64,000 bases of DNA from a bacterium (GTDB lineage Bacteria; Patescibacteriota; Patescibacteriia; Patescibacteriales; GWC2-42-12): NCBI GenBank assembly GCA_030650415.1, contig JAUSEG010000017.1:16885-80884 (forward strand). Reading direction: 5' to 3'. Under the pieces are notes generated by a model. That model was not told the origin of the DNA. It searched no databases and saw only the letters and a program-made list of their open reading frames with translations. Made by a program: the position numbers and the translations under genes. Positions 48,034 to 58,221 of this stretch are shown one piece after another; within the stretch, counting starts at the first letter, position 1, and every line of letters begins with the position of its first letter.

Positions 48034-48561
48034 ATGAACCTAAAATCAAAAATTAGGGAAATACCGAATTGGCCAAAGCCGGGGATTAATTTTAAAGATA
48101 TTACCACGTTGTTAGAAGATAAAGCGGCTTTTAAAGAGGCGGTGGATAAGCTAGCCGCTCCATTTTTAGGACAAAAAATTGATAAAGTGGTGGGTATTGA
48201 CGCGCGCGGTTTTCTTTTGGCCGCTCCGGTCGCTTATAAATTAAATACCGGCTTGGCGGTTGTCCGAAAAAAGGGTAAACTGCCATTTCGTTCTATAAAG
48301 CAAGATTATACATTAGAATATGCCAGCAACACGGTTGAGATGCATGAAGACGCTATAAAGCCGGGCGAGAATGTGGTCTTGATTGACGACCTTTGCGCGA
48401 CCGGCGGCACGGCTCTAGCGGCCTGCGATTTAATAAAAAGGCTGGGCGGAAAGATTATCGGCGTGAGTTTTTTAATTGATTTGCCGTTTTTAGGCGGATC
48501 CAAAAAAATTAAAGAGCGCGGGATTGAAGTGCGAAGTTTAGTTGAATATGATAAGGAATAA
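48034..48561 (+). CDS. apt: Adenine phosphoribosyltransferase
   Basis: PKPG+.FKDIT, ARGF, RK.GKLP, LEY, DDL.ATGGT. Confidence 0.95.
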   Translation: MNLKSKIREIPNWPKPGINFKDITTLLEDKAAFKEAVDKLAAPFLGQKIDKVVGIDARGFLLAAPVAYKLNTGLAVVRKKGKLPFRSIKQDYTLEYASNTVEMHEDAIKPGENVVLIDDLCATGGTALAACDLIKRLGGKIIGVSFLIDLPFLGGSKKIKERGIEVRSLVEYDKE

Positions 48562-48572
48562 ATTATTTGTTT

Positions 48573-48778
48573 GTCATTGCGGGTTTGACCTCGTCATCGC
48601 TACGCGAGATCTGGCGAAGCCACGACAATCCATGAGGTAGCCGTAAGTAAGTGAATTTAATATAATATTTACAAAATAATCGTTCGTGACATTTAATTCT
48701 GGATTCCGGCTCGTAGGCCGGAATGACAGATAAGGAGATTGCTTCGCCACCCTGATTACAAGGGTGGCTCGCAATGAC
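48573..48778. repeat. Nested REP-like cluster with 32-bp insertion (48594-48625)
   Basis: gtcattgcg...ggaatgac...gagattgcttcg...cgcaatgac. Confidence 0.8.
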
Positions 48779-48789
48779 ATAATAAAAAT

Positions 48790-49575
48790 ATGAATAAAAT
48801 TAAAATCGCCATTATCGGGGGGAGCGGGCTTGATGACCCGGGCATTTTAAAAAATGCCAAAGCAGTTAATATCTCTACGCCTTTCGGCGCTTCGGCCTCG
48901 CCGTTAATTTGCGGGCGGATTGGCGACATTGAGGTAGTGGTGTTGGCTCGCCATGGCCAGAATCATACTTTTATGCCGACCAAGGTGCCGTATCGGGCTA
49001 ACGTTTGGGCTTTAAAAGAAGCCGGCTGCACGCATATTATCGCCACCACGGCCTGCGGTTCTTTAAAGGAAGAAATTAAACCGCGCGATTTAATATTTTT
49101 AGATCAGTTTATTGATTTTACAAAACATCGCAATCTAACATTTTTTGAAGATAAGGTGGTGCATACGGCCATGGCTGATCCATTTTGTCCGAGCTTAAGA
49201 GAAATTTTAATTAGAACCGCCAAAGAATTAAAATTATCTTGTCATGAAAAAGGAACTATTATAACTATCGAAGGCCCGAGATTTTCCACGCGCGCCGAAA
49301 GCCGTTATTTTAAAAGCATGAACGCGGACGTAATCAATATGTCAACTGTGCCGGAAGTAATTTTGGCGCGCGAGCTGGGTATTTGCTATGCCAGCGTGGC
49401 CATGGCTACCGATTATGACGCTTGGCGGGAAGGCGAAGAAGCGGTTACCTGGAAAATGGTTATGCAGGTTATGAAAGACAACGCCAATAATGTCGTGAAT
49501 ATTTTATTAAAGGCGATTCCGAAAATCGCCGCTGAATTGGCCGATGAAGAGTGCGAGCATTGCGGAGTGAAATAA
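48790..49575 (+). CDS. mtnP: S-methyl-5'-thioadenosine phosphorylase
   Basis: IIGGSG, RHG, EGPRFSTRAES, NM+.VPE, TDYD. Confidence 0.92.
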   Translation: MNKIKIAIIGGSGLDDPGILKNAKAVNISTPFGASASPLICGRIGDIEVVVLARHGQNHTFMPTKVPYRANVWALKEAGCTHIIATTACGSLKEEIKPRDLIFLDQFIDFTKHRNLTFFEDKVVHTAMADPFCPSLREILIRTAKELKLSCHEKGTIITIEGPRFSTRAESRYFKSMNADVINMSTVPEVILARELGICYASVAMATDYDAWREGEEAVTWKMVMQVMKDNANNVVNILLKAIPKIAAELADEECEHCGVK

Positions 49576-49577
49576 AT

Positions 49578-51026
49578 ATGGATTTATCTAAAATCAAAAA
49601 AATTTATATGATCGGGATTAAGGGCGTGGGCATGACTATGCTCGCTCAGTATTTGCGCGGACAGGGAATGGAGATTTCCGGTTCGGATGGACCGGAAAAG
49701 TATATGACCGACGCGGTTCTGGAAGGCTGTGGCATCAAAGTAATTGAGAAGTTTGAGGTTAATAATCTGCCTAAGGACGCTGATTTGATAATTTATTCCA
49801 CCGCCTATTCTCCGGAAACGAATCTCGAGGTGGCCGCGGCTTTAAAAGGAAGAATCAAAGTTATGACTTATGCCGAGGCCTTAGGGGAAGTGTTTAACCA
49901 AAAATACGGCATCGCCGTGGTCGGTTCGCACGGTAAAACCACGATTACGGCCTGGCTGGGATATGTCCTAAATAAGTCCGGACTTGAGCCGAGCGTGATG
50001 GTTGGCGCCAGCGTACCACAGTTTAACGGCTGTTCGCTCGCGAGCAAATCGGATTATTTAATTATTGAAGCGGATGAGTACCAGAATAAATTGCAGTATT
50101 ACCGGCCCAGAGCCGTACTTTTAAATAATATTGATTACGATCATCCCGATTTTTTTCTCACCCGGGCTGATTATGAAAACGCTTACATAGAATTTATTAA
50201 AAAGATTCCGGCCAAGGGTTTTTTAGTGGCGAATTTCGACGATCCCTTAATTAGAAAAATTGCGCAAGTTAATTGCAAGGGCAAAGTCATAACTTACGCT
50301 ATAGACGAAGCGGCGGATTATGTCGCTTATGATATTAAAACCGATAATGGCAAGCAGTATTTTAAAGTTAAGCTTGGAGTGGAAGATGAGTTGGAAGATG
50401 AAAAATCCCCCCCACCCCCCTTTGTCAAGGGGGGAGATAAATTGGGCGACTTTTCAATTCAACTTTCCGGCCGACACAATATACTGAACGCTTTGGCCGT
50501 TATCGTAACTTGCGTTGAATTAAATGTTGAGTTATTTAAAATAAGAAAATATTTGGAAGAATTTTCCGGCACGGCCAGAAGAATGGAATTGAAAGGTGAG
50601 TTCAGGGGCGCCGCTATAATTGACGACTACGCGCATCATCCCACGGAAATTAAAGCCACAGTTGAAGCGGTACGGCAGAAATATGGCCGAAGGAAATTAA
50701 TTGTGGCATTTCACCCCCATACTTTTAGCCGCACTCGGGCGCTTTTCGACGACTTTGTAAAAAGTTTTGCCGGAGCCGACGAATTAATCGTTTTGGACAT
50801 CTACGGTTCGGCTCGCGAAAAACCGGGCGGAGCGCATAGCCGAGAGCTGGTTGATAAAATTGTCGCAAGAAATAAAGAATTAGAATCCAAGCAAACCGTA
50901 AAATATATTCCGACTCTGAAAGAATGCGAAGAATATTTAAGGGAACATGTCGAGAGAAATGACGTAGTAGTATTAATGGGCGCCGGTGATATATTCAGAG
51001 TGGGGGAAGATTTGGTAAAAAAGTAA
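49578..51026 (+). CDS. murC: UDP-N-acetylmuramate--L-alanine ligase
   Basis: GIKG.GM, GSHGKTT, EADEY, DH.D, DDYAHHPTE, MGAGDI. Confidence 0.95.
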   Translation: MDLSKIKKIYMIGIKGVGMTMLAQYLRGQGMEISGSDGPEKYMTDAVLEGCGIKVIEKFEVNNLPKDADLIIYSTAYSPETNLEVAAALKGRIKVMTYAEALGEVFNQKYGIAVVGSHGKTTITAWLGYVLNKSGLEPSVMVGASVPQFNGCSLASKSDYLIIEADEYQNKLQYYRPRAVLLNNIDYDHPDFFLTRADYENAYIEFIKKIPAKGFLVANFDDPLIRKIAQVNCKGKVITYAIDEAADYVAYDIKTDNGKQYFKVKLGVEDELEDEKSPPPPFVKGGDKLGDFSIQLSGRHNILNALAVIVTCVELNVELFKIRKYLEEFSGTARRMELKGEFRGAAIIDDYAHHPTEIKATVEAVRQKYGRRKLIVAFHPHTFSRTRALFDDFVKSFAGADELIVLDIYGSAREKPGGAHSRELVDKIVARNKELESKQTVKYIPTLKECEEYLREHVERNDVVVLMGAGDIFRVGEDLVKK

Positions 51027-51036
51027 AACTTTTATT

Positions 51037-51196
51037 GTCATTGCGAGCGATCCGCCTACTGGCGGAGAGCGCGGCAATCTCACGAACTCCATAACAATCA
51101 TAATACAATAGTGGCGATATTTAGCAAAATTTAGATATATGTGAGATTGCTTCGTCGTCCCCCACCAAACCTTGGTGGGGGACTCCTCGCAACGAC
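51037..51196. repeat. GTCATTGCGAG...CTCGCAAYGAC REP doublet with nested palindromes
   Basis: Contains tccgcctactggcgga and ccccaccaa..ttggtgggg. Confidence 0.8.
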
Positions 51197-51210
51197 AAGA
51201 TAAAAAATAA

Positions 51211-53004
51211 ATGCCGGAAAAAAATTCAAGCCAAAAATTAAATAGGCAGCCGATTAATATGCGTCAGTTTTGGTCGAGGCTATGGCGGTTGATCTCGGCT
51301 TCGCAGCTGCAAATAAAGCATTTGTTTGTTTTGATATTGGCGGCTGAAAGTTTTCAGTTCGTCGGCCCCTATTTGCTTAAAAGAATTATTGACTTGGTGG
51401 CGGCTTTTAAAGTTGAAAATATCAAGAATATAATAATTTTAATTATTTTCATACTCTTAGTTGATTTAATTGCCAATTTAATAGATTATTTTAGCGATAA
51501 AAGAATTTATAAAATTACCATAGCGGCGGAAAAATATTTATCGATTAATGCTCAAAGAAAAATGGTTGATTTGGGCTTGGGCTATCACGAGAAAGAAAAT
51601 ACCGGCAATAAGATTTTTAAAATTCAGAGGGGTATCGATAAAATTATCGACTTAATGGAAAATTTTTTCTGGGAGGTGGGGCCGACGATTATCCAAACAA
51701 TTTTAACCGCTTTTATTTTATATATCGTGGATTGGCGCTTCGGTTTAATATTTACTTTATTTGTCCCAATTTTCGTGTATTTAACAGCTAAGTTAAATAA
51801 TGAAAGAGCTCCTTTAAGAATGCGCCGCCACGATATGTATGAAGAAGCGGCCGGTAAAATGGCTCAGGCCATAATTAACATCAATACCGTCAAATCATTT
51901 GTTCAGGAGGACCGAGAGGTCGGCGAGTTCAAAAAAATAAAGGATAATACCGAGAAAATCGCTTTGCTGGAATTTTTTAAGCTGTTGAATTTTAATTACG
52001 GAAGAACGGCGGTCATAACTGTCGGGCGGGTTTCAGTTATGTTATTTGGCGTTTATTTGGTTTGGATCGGTAATATTACTATCGGCAGTTTTGTTTTTAT
52101 CATAACCATCTCGGAAAAGGCCTTGATTTCTTTATTTAGAATCTCCCGGCTTTACGATAAGATTATGGATTCTAGCGAAGCGATTGATCGGCTGTATCAG
52201 CTGGAAAGCCAGAGCTTGGACATAGAAAATCCGGTTAACGGCCTGGCGGTTAAGGCTATCGCCGGTCAAATTGAGTTTAAGGATGTTAGCTTCGCCTACA
52301 AAGATAGCAGCCTCAAGGCTTTGGATAAGGTAAATTTTAAAATTAATTCGGGTTGCACTACGGCCTTAGTCGGTCCGTCCGGCGGAGGAAAAACTACCGT
52401 GGCGCGTTTAATCTATCGCCACTACGATCCGACCGGCGGACAAATTTTATTGGATAATCAGGATTTAAGAAACTATAACATCTATAATTTTCGCAAATTT
52501 TTAGCAATTGTGCCCCAAGAAGTGGAAATTTTTAACGAGAGCGTTAGAGATAACATTTCCTACGCCAGTCCGGCGGTAAGCATAAAAGCGGTAATCGCGG
52601 CCGCTAAGATTGCCAATGCCGAAGAATTTATTGATAGATTAAAAAGCGGTTATAAAACTTTAGTCGGCGAGCGCGGCATTAAACTTTCCGGCGGCCAGAG
52701 ACAGCGGCTAGGCATCGCCCGCGCCATCTTAGCCAATCCGCGAATTTTAATTTTTGACGAAGCCACCTCGAATCTTGATTCATACAGCGAAAAATTAATT
52801 CAGGAAGCTTTGGAAAGAATCAGTAAGGATCGAACGGTAGTTATTATCGCCCATCGGTTAAGCACGATTAGAAGGGCCGACAAAATTGTTGTTCTGGAAG
52901 ACGGCCGGGTGGCCGAGCAGGGAAGCCATCTGGAATTGGCCAAGATAGATGGCGGGTTGTACCGGGAATTACTAAAATTACAGCGCCTGGGAGATGTTGA
53001 TTAA
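51211..53004 (+). CDS. ABC exporter, fused permease/ATPase
   Basis: GPSGGGKT, LSGGQRQR, DEATS. Confidence 0.92.
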   Translation: MPEKNSSQKLNRQPINMRQFWSRLWRLISASQLQIKHLFVLILAAESFQFVGPYLLKRIIDLVAAFKVENIKNIIILIIFILLVDLIANLIDYFSDKRIYKITIAAEKYLSINAQRKMVDLGLGYHEKENTGNKIFKIQRGIDKIIDLMENFFWEVGPTIIQTILTAFILYIVDWRFGLIFTLFVPIFVYLTAKLNNERAPLRMRRHDMYEEAAGKMAQAIININTVKSFVQEDREVGEFKKIKDNTEKIALLEFFKLLNFNYGRTAVITVGRVSVMLFGVYLVWIGNITIGSFVFIITISEKALISLFRISRLYDKIMDSSEAIDRLYQLESQSLDIENPVNGLAVKAIAGQIEFKDVSFAYKDSSLKALDKVNFKINSGCTTALVGPSGGGKTTVARLIYRHYDPTGGQILLDNQDLRNYNIYNFRKFLAIVPQEVEIFNESVRDNISYASPAVSIKAVIAAAKIANAEEFIDRLKSGYKTLVGERGIKLSGGQRQRLGIARAILANPRILIFDEATSNLDSYSEKLIQEALERISKDRTVVIIAHRLSTIRRADKIVVLEDGRVAEQGSHLELAKIDGGLYRELLKLQRLGDVD

Positions 53005-53008
53005 GAAA

Positions 53009-53111
53009 TCTCGTATCTCGTAACTCGCAACCCGCAGCTCAAACTCGCAGCCCATAACTTTTTTAGCTTTATATTTTGAGTTGTGAGCTATGAGCTATGG
53101 GTTGTGAGATT
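53009..53111. repeat. Heptamer-periodic inverted repeat
   Basis: (ctcgtaa)-like arm and (gagctat)-like arm. Confidence 0.7.
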
Positions 53112-53118
53112 CTAATAT

Positions 53119-53652
53119 ATGATAGCCAAAATTATCGCCAATATTTTATTTATTATTATGCTCGCGATCGCGCAAATCTCTTTTATCAGCGGTTTGCCCG
53201 GGGTGTTCGCCGATTTGAATCTGGTTTTAGTGATTTTAATTTTTATTTTGGGTTTCACGAGTTTTAATTTTGCCGCCTGGTGGTCGCTGGGCATCGGTTT
53301 TATGCTGGAAGTTTTTTTCTTTTTGCCATTCGGCGCCTATCTCGTCAGCTTGTCTCTGACTATTATTATCGCCAATTTTTTATTGAATTATTTTTTCACC
53401 AACCGTTCGCTTTATTCGTTTATGGCTTTAGTCGCTTTATCTACTATTTTTTACGAGTTGATAATTAATTCCATATCTTTGATATTTTTTGAAAATAATA
53501 AATATTTCTTTTTGGTTGACGCTCATTTTTGGATTTTAACTTTAAAGCAAATCGGTTTGAATTTATTATTTACCGTTTTTATTTATTATATATTACACAC
53601 CTTTGGCAGAAATTTAAGGCCGGTATTTCTAATAAGGAATAAAAAATATTAA
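53119..53652 (+). CDS. mreD: Rod shape-determining protein MreD-like
   Basis: Hydrophobic 5-TM protein, 'G..LE....PFG', upstream of PBP2. Confidence 0.65.
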   Translation: MIAKIIANILFIIMLAIAQISFISGLPGVFADLNLVLVILIFILGFTSFNFAAWWSLGIGFMLEVFFFLPFGAYLVSLSLTIIIANFLLNYFFTNRSLYSFMALVALSTIFYELIINSISLIFFENNKYFFLVDAHFWILTLKQIGLNLLFTVFIYYILHTFGRNLRPVFLIRNKKY

Positions 53653-53713
53653 GTTTATTTATAATAAAAAAGGCGTCTCATCTGAAACGCCTTGAGCAAT
53701 CGTTTAACTTAGA

Positions 53714-53950
53714 TTATCGCTTAAGTTGTTTGTACATTTGCTCAATTGAAAGATCTGATTCTGTTTTTCCATCAAACAGAATGACAGTATCTTTATTGGG
53801 CATAGTAAAGCGAAGTTGGATACGGTTAAATTCCATTGCTTCAGCCGCTATTCCGTCTACGAAAATTTTCCCTCCTTTGTTTACCAGTGTTACTTGTTTT
53901 ACTTTTGGCGTCCAGGCACCACACCACATTTCCGCGTTTGCTGTAATCAC
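53714..53950 (-). CDS. Hypothetical small protein
   Basis: SD AAGGAGG; own promoter (TTGACA-N17-TAATAT at 53997-54025) and downstream terminator hairpin. Confidence 0.65.
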   Translation of the reverse strand: MITANAEMWCGAWTPKVKQVTLVNKGGKIFVDGIAAEAMEFNRIQLRFTMPNKDTVILFDGKTESDLSIEQMYKQLKR

Positions 53951-54098
53951 GACTATCCTCCCTTCTTTTAGCTAATTATTTTTGTTTGTTGGCTTTATAT
54001 TATCAATGTATTTTTAAGTTGTCAATGGTATAAATTTTGATAAACCCCATGCGTTATTTGTAATATTTATAGCTAATTCGTAGATTTGTGTAAAATTT

Positions 54099-56057
54099 AT
54101 GATTTTACTAAAAAAACAATTTAAAAGAAGCGATCCTTTCGTTATTCAGGAGGGCAGTATCCGGTCTGGTAAATTAAAAAGGGATCAAGGCGCGTTTGAA
54201 TTGGTTGAGTCCCAATCTTCATATTCGGGCAGAAAAGAAACCATCGGCCGGAGTTTTGACGTCAATAAAATTTATAAAATAAATATAGTTTTGTTATTGT
54301 TTTTTTTCTTTATTCTCGGCCGAGCCGGCTGGCTGCAAATCGCTAAAGGCGGTTATTATTACGATTTAGCCGAAGGCAATCGCATCAGAGTCGAGAGAAT
54401 GGAAGCGAAGAGAGGTGTAATTTATGATCGATTAGGCCGGCCCTTGGTTAGGAATTCAGCCAATTTTTTATTATATTTTACGCCGGCTGATTTGCCTAAG
54501 GATAAAATTGAGCAAAAAAAGATTATTCAGAAAGTCAGCGAATATTTAGGCGATATCAAGCCGGAGGCAATCGCGGATTCTTTAAGTAAAATTAAAGTTA
54601 ATTCGCTAGAATCCTATCAACCTTTATTTATCGCCGATAATATTGACTATGACCGAGCCATGGCGCTTTATTTAGCGGCCGATAATCTGCCGGGCGTAAT
54701 TATAACCAATAAGACCAGGCGCGAATATAATTTATTCAGCCTGTCTTTATCTCATATTTTGGGTTATACGGGAAAAATCAATGACGCGGAATTAGTTAAA
54801 TTCGGCGGCGGCTATCTGCCGATTGATTATATCGGTAAAACCGGGATTGAGAATTTTTGGGAGAACGAGATGAAAGGAACGAACGGAAAAAAGCAAATTG
54901 AAGTCGATGCTCTAGGTAAGGAAAAAAAGATTATAAACCAAGAGCCGGGTGAAGACGGGCATAATCTGGTTTTATCAATTGACATTGAACTGCAGAAAAA
55001 ACTCGAAGAATCAATAATAAGTTCTTTAGAAAAGCTTCATTTAAATAAGGCTTGCGCTATCGCTTTAGACCCGAATAACGGCGAAGTCTTAGCCATGGTA
55101 AGTTTTCCTTCATACAACAATAACGACTTTGCTCATGGCCTGACGCAGGCCGAATATCAAAAAATTGCCGAGCATCCGGATCGGCCATTATTTAATCGCT
55201 GCGTTTCCGGCGAATATCCGTCCGGTTCGGTGATTAAGCCGGTGGTCGCGGTCGCGGCGCTTGAAGAAAAAATTATTAATGAAAATACCAGTTTTTTAAG
55301 TACCGGTGGAATAAAAATTGATCAATGGTTTTTTCCTGACTGGAAAGCGGGCGGGCACGGCTTAACTAATGTCAGGTCGGCCATTGCCAATTCGGTCAAT
55401 ACTTTTTTCTATTACATCGGCGGCGGCTACCAGGATTTTACCGGGCTCGGCCTTGATCGCATGGTGAAATATGAAAAATTATTCGGCCTGGACGCGCAAT
55501 CCGGCATAGATCTAATAGGCGAAGCCGATGGTTTTTTACCGACTAAGGATTGGAAGCTTCAGACTAAGGATGAAAGATGGTATATCGGCGATACTTATCA
55601 TGTGGCGATCGGGCAAGGCGATCTCTTAGTCACACCCTTGCAGGTGGCGGACTATACGGCGGTTTTCGCCAATGGCGGTTCTCTGTATCGTCCGCATTTA
55701 ATTAAACAAATTTTAAACAGTCAGGATAAAATTATCGGCGAAGTGGATAATAAGCCGATTAGAAGTAATTTCGTAAGCGCTAAAAATATTGAAATCGTCA
55801 GGCAGGGTATGCGCCAAACCATAACCTCGGGTAGCGCGCAGAGCTTGCAAGCCGTTCCCGTTCCCGTAGCCGGCAAGACCGGCACGGCGCAGTGGTCGAG
55901 CGTAAAGCCGACTCATGCCTGGTTCACCGGCTTCGCGCCTTATGACAAGCCGGAAATTGTCATAACCATTTTAATCGAGCAGGGCGGGGAAGGCAGTACG
56001 ACTGCCGTACCGATTGCTAAGGAAGTATTGAATTGGTATTTTAGCAGAAATCCTTAG
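54099..56057 (+). CDS. mrdA: Penicillin-binding protein 2
   Basis: RG.I.DR, GK.G+E, SVIK (SxxK), SVN, KTGTAQ. Confidence 0.93.
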   Translation: MILLKKQFKRSDPFVIQEGSIRSGKLKRDQGAFELVESQSSYSGRKETIGRSFDVNKIYKINIVLLLFFFFILGRAGWLQIAKGGYYYDLAEGNRIRVERMEAKRGVIYDRLGRPLVRNSANFLLYFTPADLPKDKIEQKKIIQKVSEYLGDIKPEAIADSLSKIKVNSLESYQPLFIADNIDYDRAMALYLAADNLPGVIITNKTRREYNLFSLSLSHILGYTGKINDAELVKFGGGYLPIDYIGKTGIENFWENEMKGTNGKKQIEVDALGKEKKIINQEPGEDGHNLVLSIDIELQKKLEESIISSLEKLHLNKACAIALDPNNGEVLAMVSFPSYNNNDFAHGLTQAEYQKIAEHPDRPLFNRCVSGEYPSGSVIKPVVAVAALEEKIINENTSFLSTGGIKIDQWFFPDWKAGGHGLTNVRSAIANSVNTFFYYIGGGYQDFTGLGLDRMVKYEKLFGLDAQSGIDLIGEADGFLPTKDWKLQTKDERWYIGDTYHVAIGQGDLLVTPLQVADYTAVFANGGSLYRPHLIKQILNSQDKIIGEVDNKPIRSNFVSAKNIEIVRQGMRQTITSGSAQSLQAVPVPVAGKTGTAQWSSVKPTHAWFTGFAPYDKPEIVITILIEQGGEGSTTAVPIAKEVLNWYFSRNP

Positions 56058-56137
56058 CTCCTTCTTTCTTTATGGGTGAAGCAGGTTTTGTCTTAATAAA
56101 TTTTTATGCTAAAATATAAGCATAAACATAAATAACA

Positions 56138-56884
56138 ATGAATATGCTGGATAGCCTTATTTTGAACAAAAAATCCATAGAAAGTATTTATAAAACAATT
56201 AGCGAATACCACAAAAAACATTTAGTACAATTTGGAGTAAAATTGCCTAAACTTTATGCTTCTAAAAAGAAATTTACAAAAGACGCGCTAGTTTTAGTCT
56301 ATTTAGCATACGATTACCCAAATACTAGAAAAGTTAGTAAAGAGGAACTTACTAAATTTGTCAGGAGCCATTATCCAAATACAAACGATGTTCAGCAAGC
56401 CAGACATTTGGGCGCGCAAGCTGGCTGGTGGATAGTCGCGGGCGGACGAGATAATATTGTTTTAAAAATAGAAAGAGGTTCATATCAGCTTTATACATTA
56501 GAGCAACCCTATCCTGGATTTAAAAAGGGACACAGGATCGCAGAAACTGATGACTGGGGCACTATAAAAGAAAAATATAATTATCGTTGCGCTACTTGCG
56601 GTTCGCAAGAAGGCAAGCCGCACTTTCATTGGCCAGCGACAAAAACGATTTTAGAGAAATCACATATGGATCCGAACAAACCGCTTGTTCCTGGAAACAT
56701 TATTCCTCAATGCCAGAAATGCAACCGGGGCGACAGAAATAGATGGGTTTATGACGAAAAAGGCAGAGTTATAAAATTAGCAGATGGTAATTTTGTAAAA
56801 AATTTTGATAAAGAGGTAAAGAAAATAATTTATAGAATACTTTATAAAGAATTTAATGGAAAAAATCCAAATTTAAAAAAATGA
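56138..56884 (+). CDS. HNH-type (putative type II) restriction endonuclease
   Basis: CATC...H.DP...N..PQC..CN; overlaps the MTase start (ATGA). Confidence 0.7.
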   Translation: MNMLDSLILNKKSIESIYKTISEYHKKHLVQFGVKLPKLYASKKKFTKDALVLVYLAYDYPNTRKVSKEELTKFVRSHYPNTNDVQQARHLGAQAGWWIVAGGRDNIVLKIERGSYQLYTLEQPYPGFKKGHRIAETDDWGTIKEKYNYRCATCGSQEGKPHFHWPATKTILEKSHMDPNKPLVPGNIIPQCQKCNRGDRNRWVYDEKGRVIKLADGNFVKNFDKEVKKIIYRILYKEFNGKNPNLKK

Positions 56885-57888
56885 AAAACAATAAATTTAT
56901 AAACAATATAATTTGCGCTGACACTTTAGAATTTTTACCTCAAATCGAAAGTGATTCTATTGATGTTGTTCTGACTGATCCTCCATATTTTTTAGATAAG
57001 CTTGATAATAATTGGGATTATGAAGAAGTGTCAAATCAAAATAACCAATACACGATAAAATCACTTCCCGCCGGAATGAAATTTGACAGAGAACAAGGTA
57101 AAAGGTTTTATGCCTGGTATTTGAAAATTTCTTATGAAATTTTTAGAATTTTAAAACCAGGCGGTTTTTTCTTTTCATTTTCTAGTCCTAGGTTGTATCA
57201 CAGGATGGCTTCCGCGATTGATGATGCCGGTTTTGAAATCAGAGATGCCTTTATGTGGCTATATACTCAAAATCAGGCCAAAGCGATGGGCGTTGATCAC
57301 TTTATTAAAAAAATGGATATAGATGAGAAAGCAAAAGAAAAAATTAGAGAAAAATTGAATGGTTGGAAAACCCCACAAATTAAATCATGCTTTGAGCCAA
57401 TCGCAATGGCGCAAAAACCAGCCGGTCAAACATATCTTAAAAATATGCTTGAACATGAAGTTGGATTGTTTAATACCAATTTCAGAATTGGCAACAATAT
57501 GTACCCGGCGAATGTTTTTACGGTAGATGAAATAAATGAGTTGGTTGATAGAGCCTTTTTATTGCCGAAACCGACAAAAAAAGAAAAAGGAGATTACAAT
57601 AACCACAAAACCGTTAAGCCCTTGGCTATTTGCGAGTATTTAATTAAATTATCGGCTTTTTCAAAAGACGCTGTTATATTAGATCCGTTTGTCGGTAGCG
57701 GGACAACCGCGGTGGCGGCCAAAAAGTTGGGTAAAAATTATATTGGCATTGACGCGAACGAAAAATATGTAAAAATTTCCGAGAGAAGATTAAAAGAATT
57801 AGATGAAAAATCTGGTTTATTTAAAAATGCAATGAATGTAGAAAAACAGGAAAAAATAAGTTTGCAAGCGCAACTGCAGATTGCCTAA
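56881..57888 (+). CDS. Amino (N6-A/N4-C) DNA methyltransferase, beta class
   Basis: DPPY before H.TVKP and DPFVGSGTT. Confidence 0.92.
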   Translation: MKNNKFINNIICADTLEFLPQIESDSIDVVLTDPPYFLDKLDNNWDYEEVSNQNNQYTIKSLPAGMKFDREQGKRFYAWYLKISYEIFRILKPGGFFFSFSSPRLYHRMASAIDDAGFEIRDAFMWLYTQNQAKAMGVDHFIKKMDIDEKAKEKIREKLNGWKTPQIKSCFEPIAMAQKPAGQTYLKNMLEHEVGLFNTNFRIGNNMYPANVFTVDEINELVDRAFLLPKPTKKEKGDYNNHKTVKPLAICEYLIKLSAFSKDAVILDPFVGSGTTAVAAKKLGKNYIGIDANEKYVKISERRLKELDEKSGLFKNAMNVEKQEKISLQAQLQIA

Positions 57889-57912
57889 AATTAGATATAA
57901 GATACAAAAAAT

Positions 57913-58085
57913 ATGAAAACGAAAAAAGGAGCGGATAATATTACTTTTTTTAGTCTGCCATCGCGCGATCAAAAAAAAGATTATTAAAGCCGCGGTTAAA
58001 GCGGCGAATAAAGACCAAAGTAATTTAGTAATGTAATACGAAAAATCTTGTTGTGGCTTAAAGCCGGCTCACGGTTGCAGATAAT
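57913..58085 (+). pseudogene. Degraded small gene
   Basis: MKTKKGADNITFFSLPSRDQKK / frameshift in A8 run / IIKAAVKAANKDQSNLVM*YEK. Confidence 0.45.
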
Positions 58086-58221
58086 TAAAAAAGAATTTGT
58101 AAAAATACTAAAAAATAAGGCGTGAATAACGGCCTTATTTTTTTTGTTTTAAAATAAAAAAGACCCGCCAGAGGTCTTAGTGACATGGCGGGAAGCAGTT
58201 GGTCTGCTTAGTCCGTTGCGA

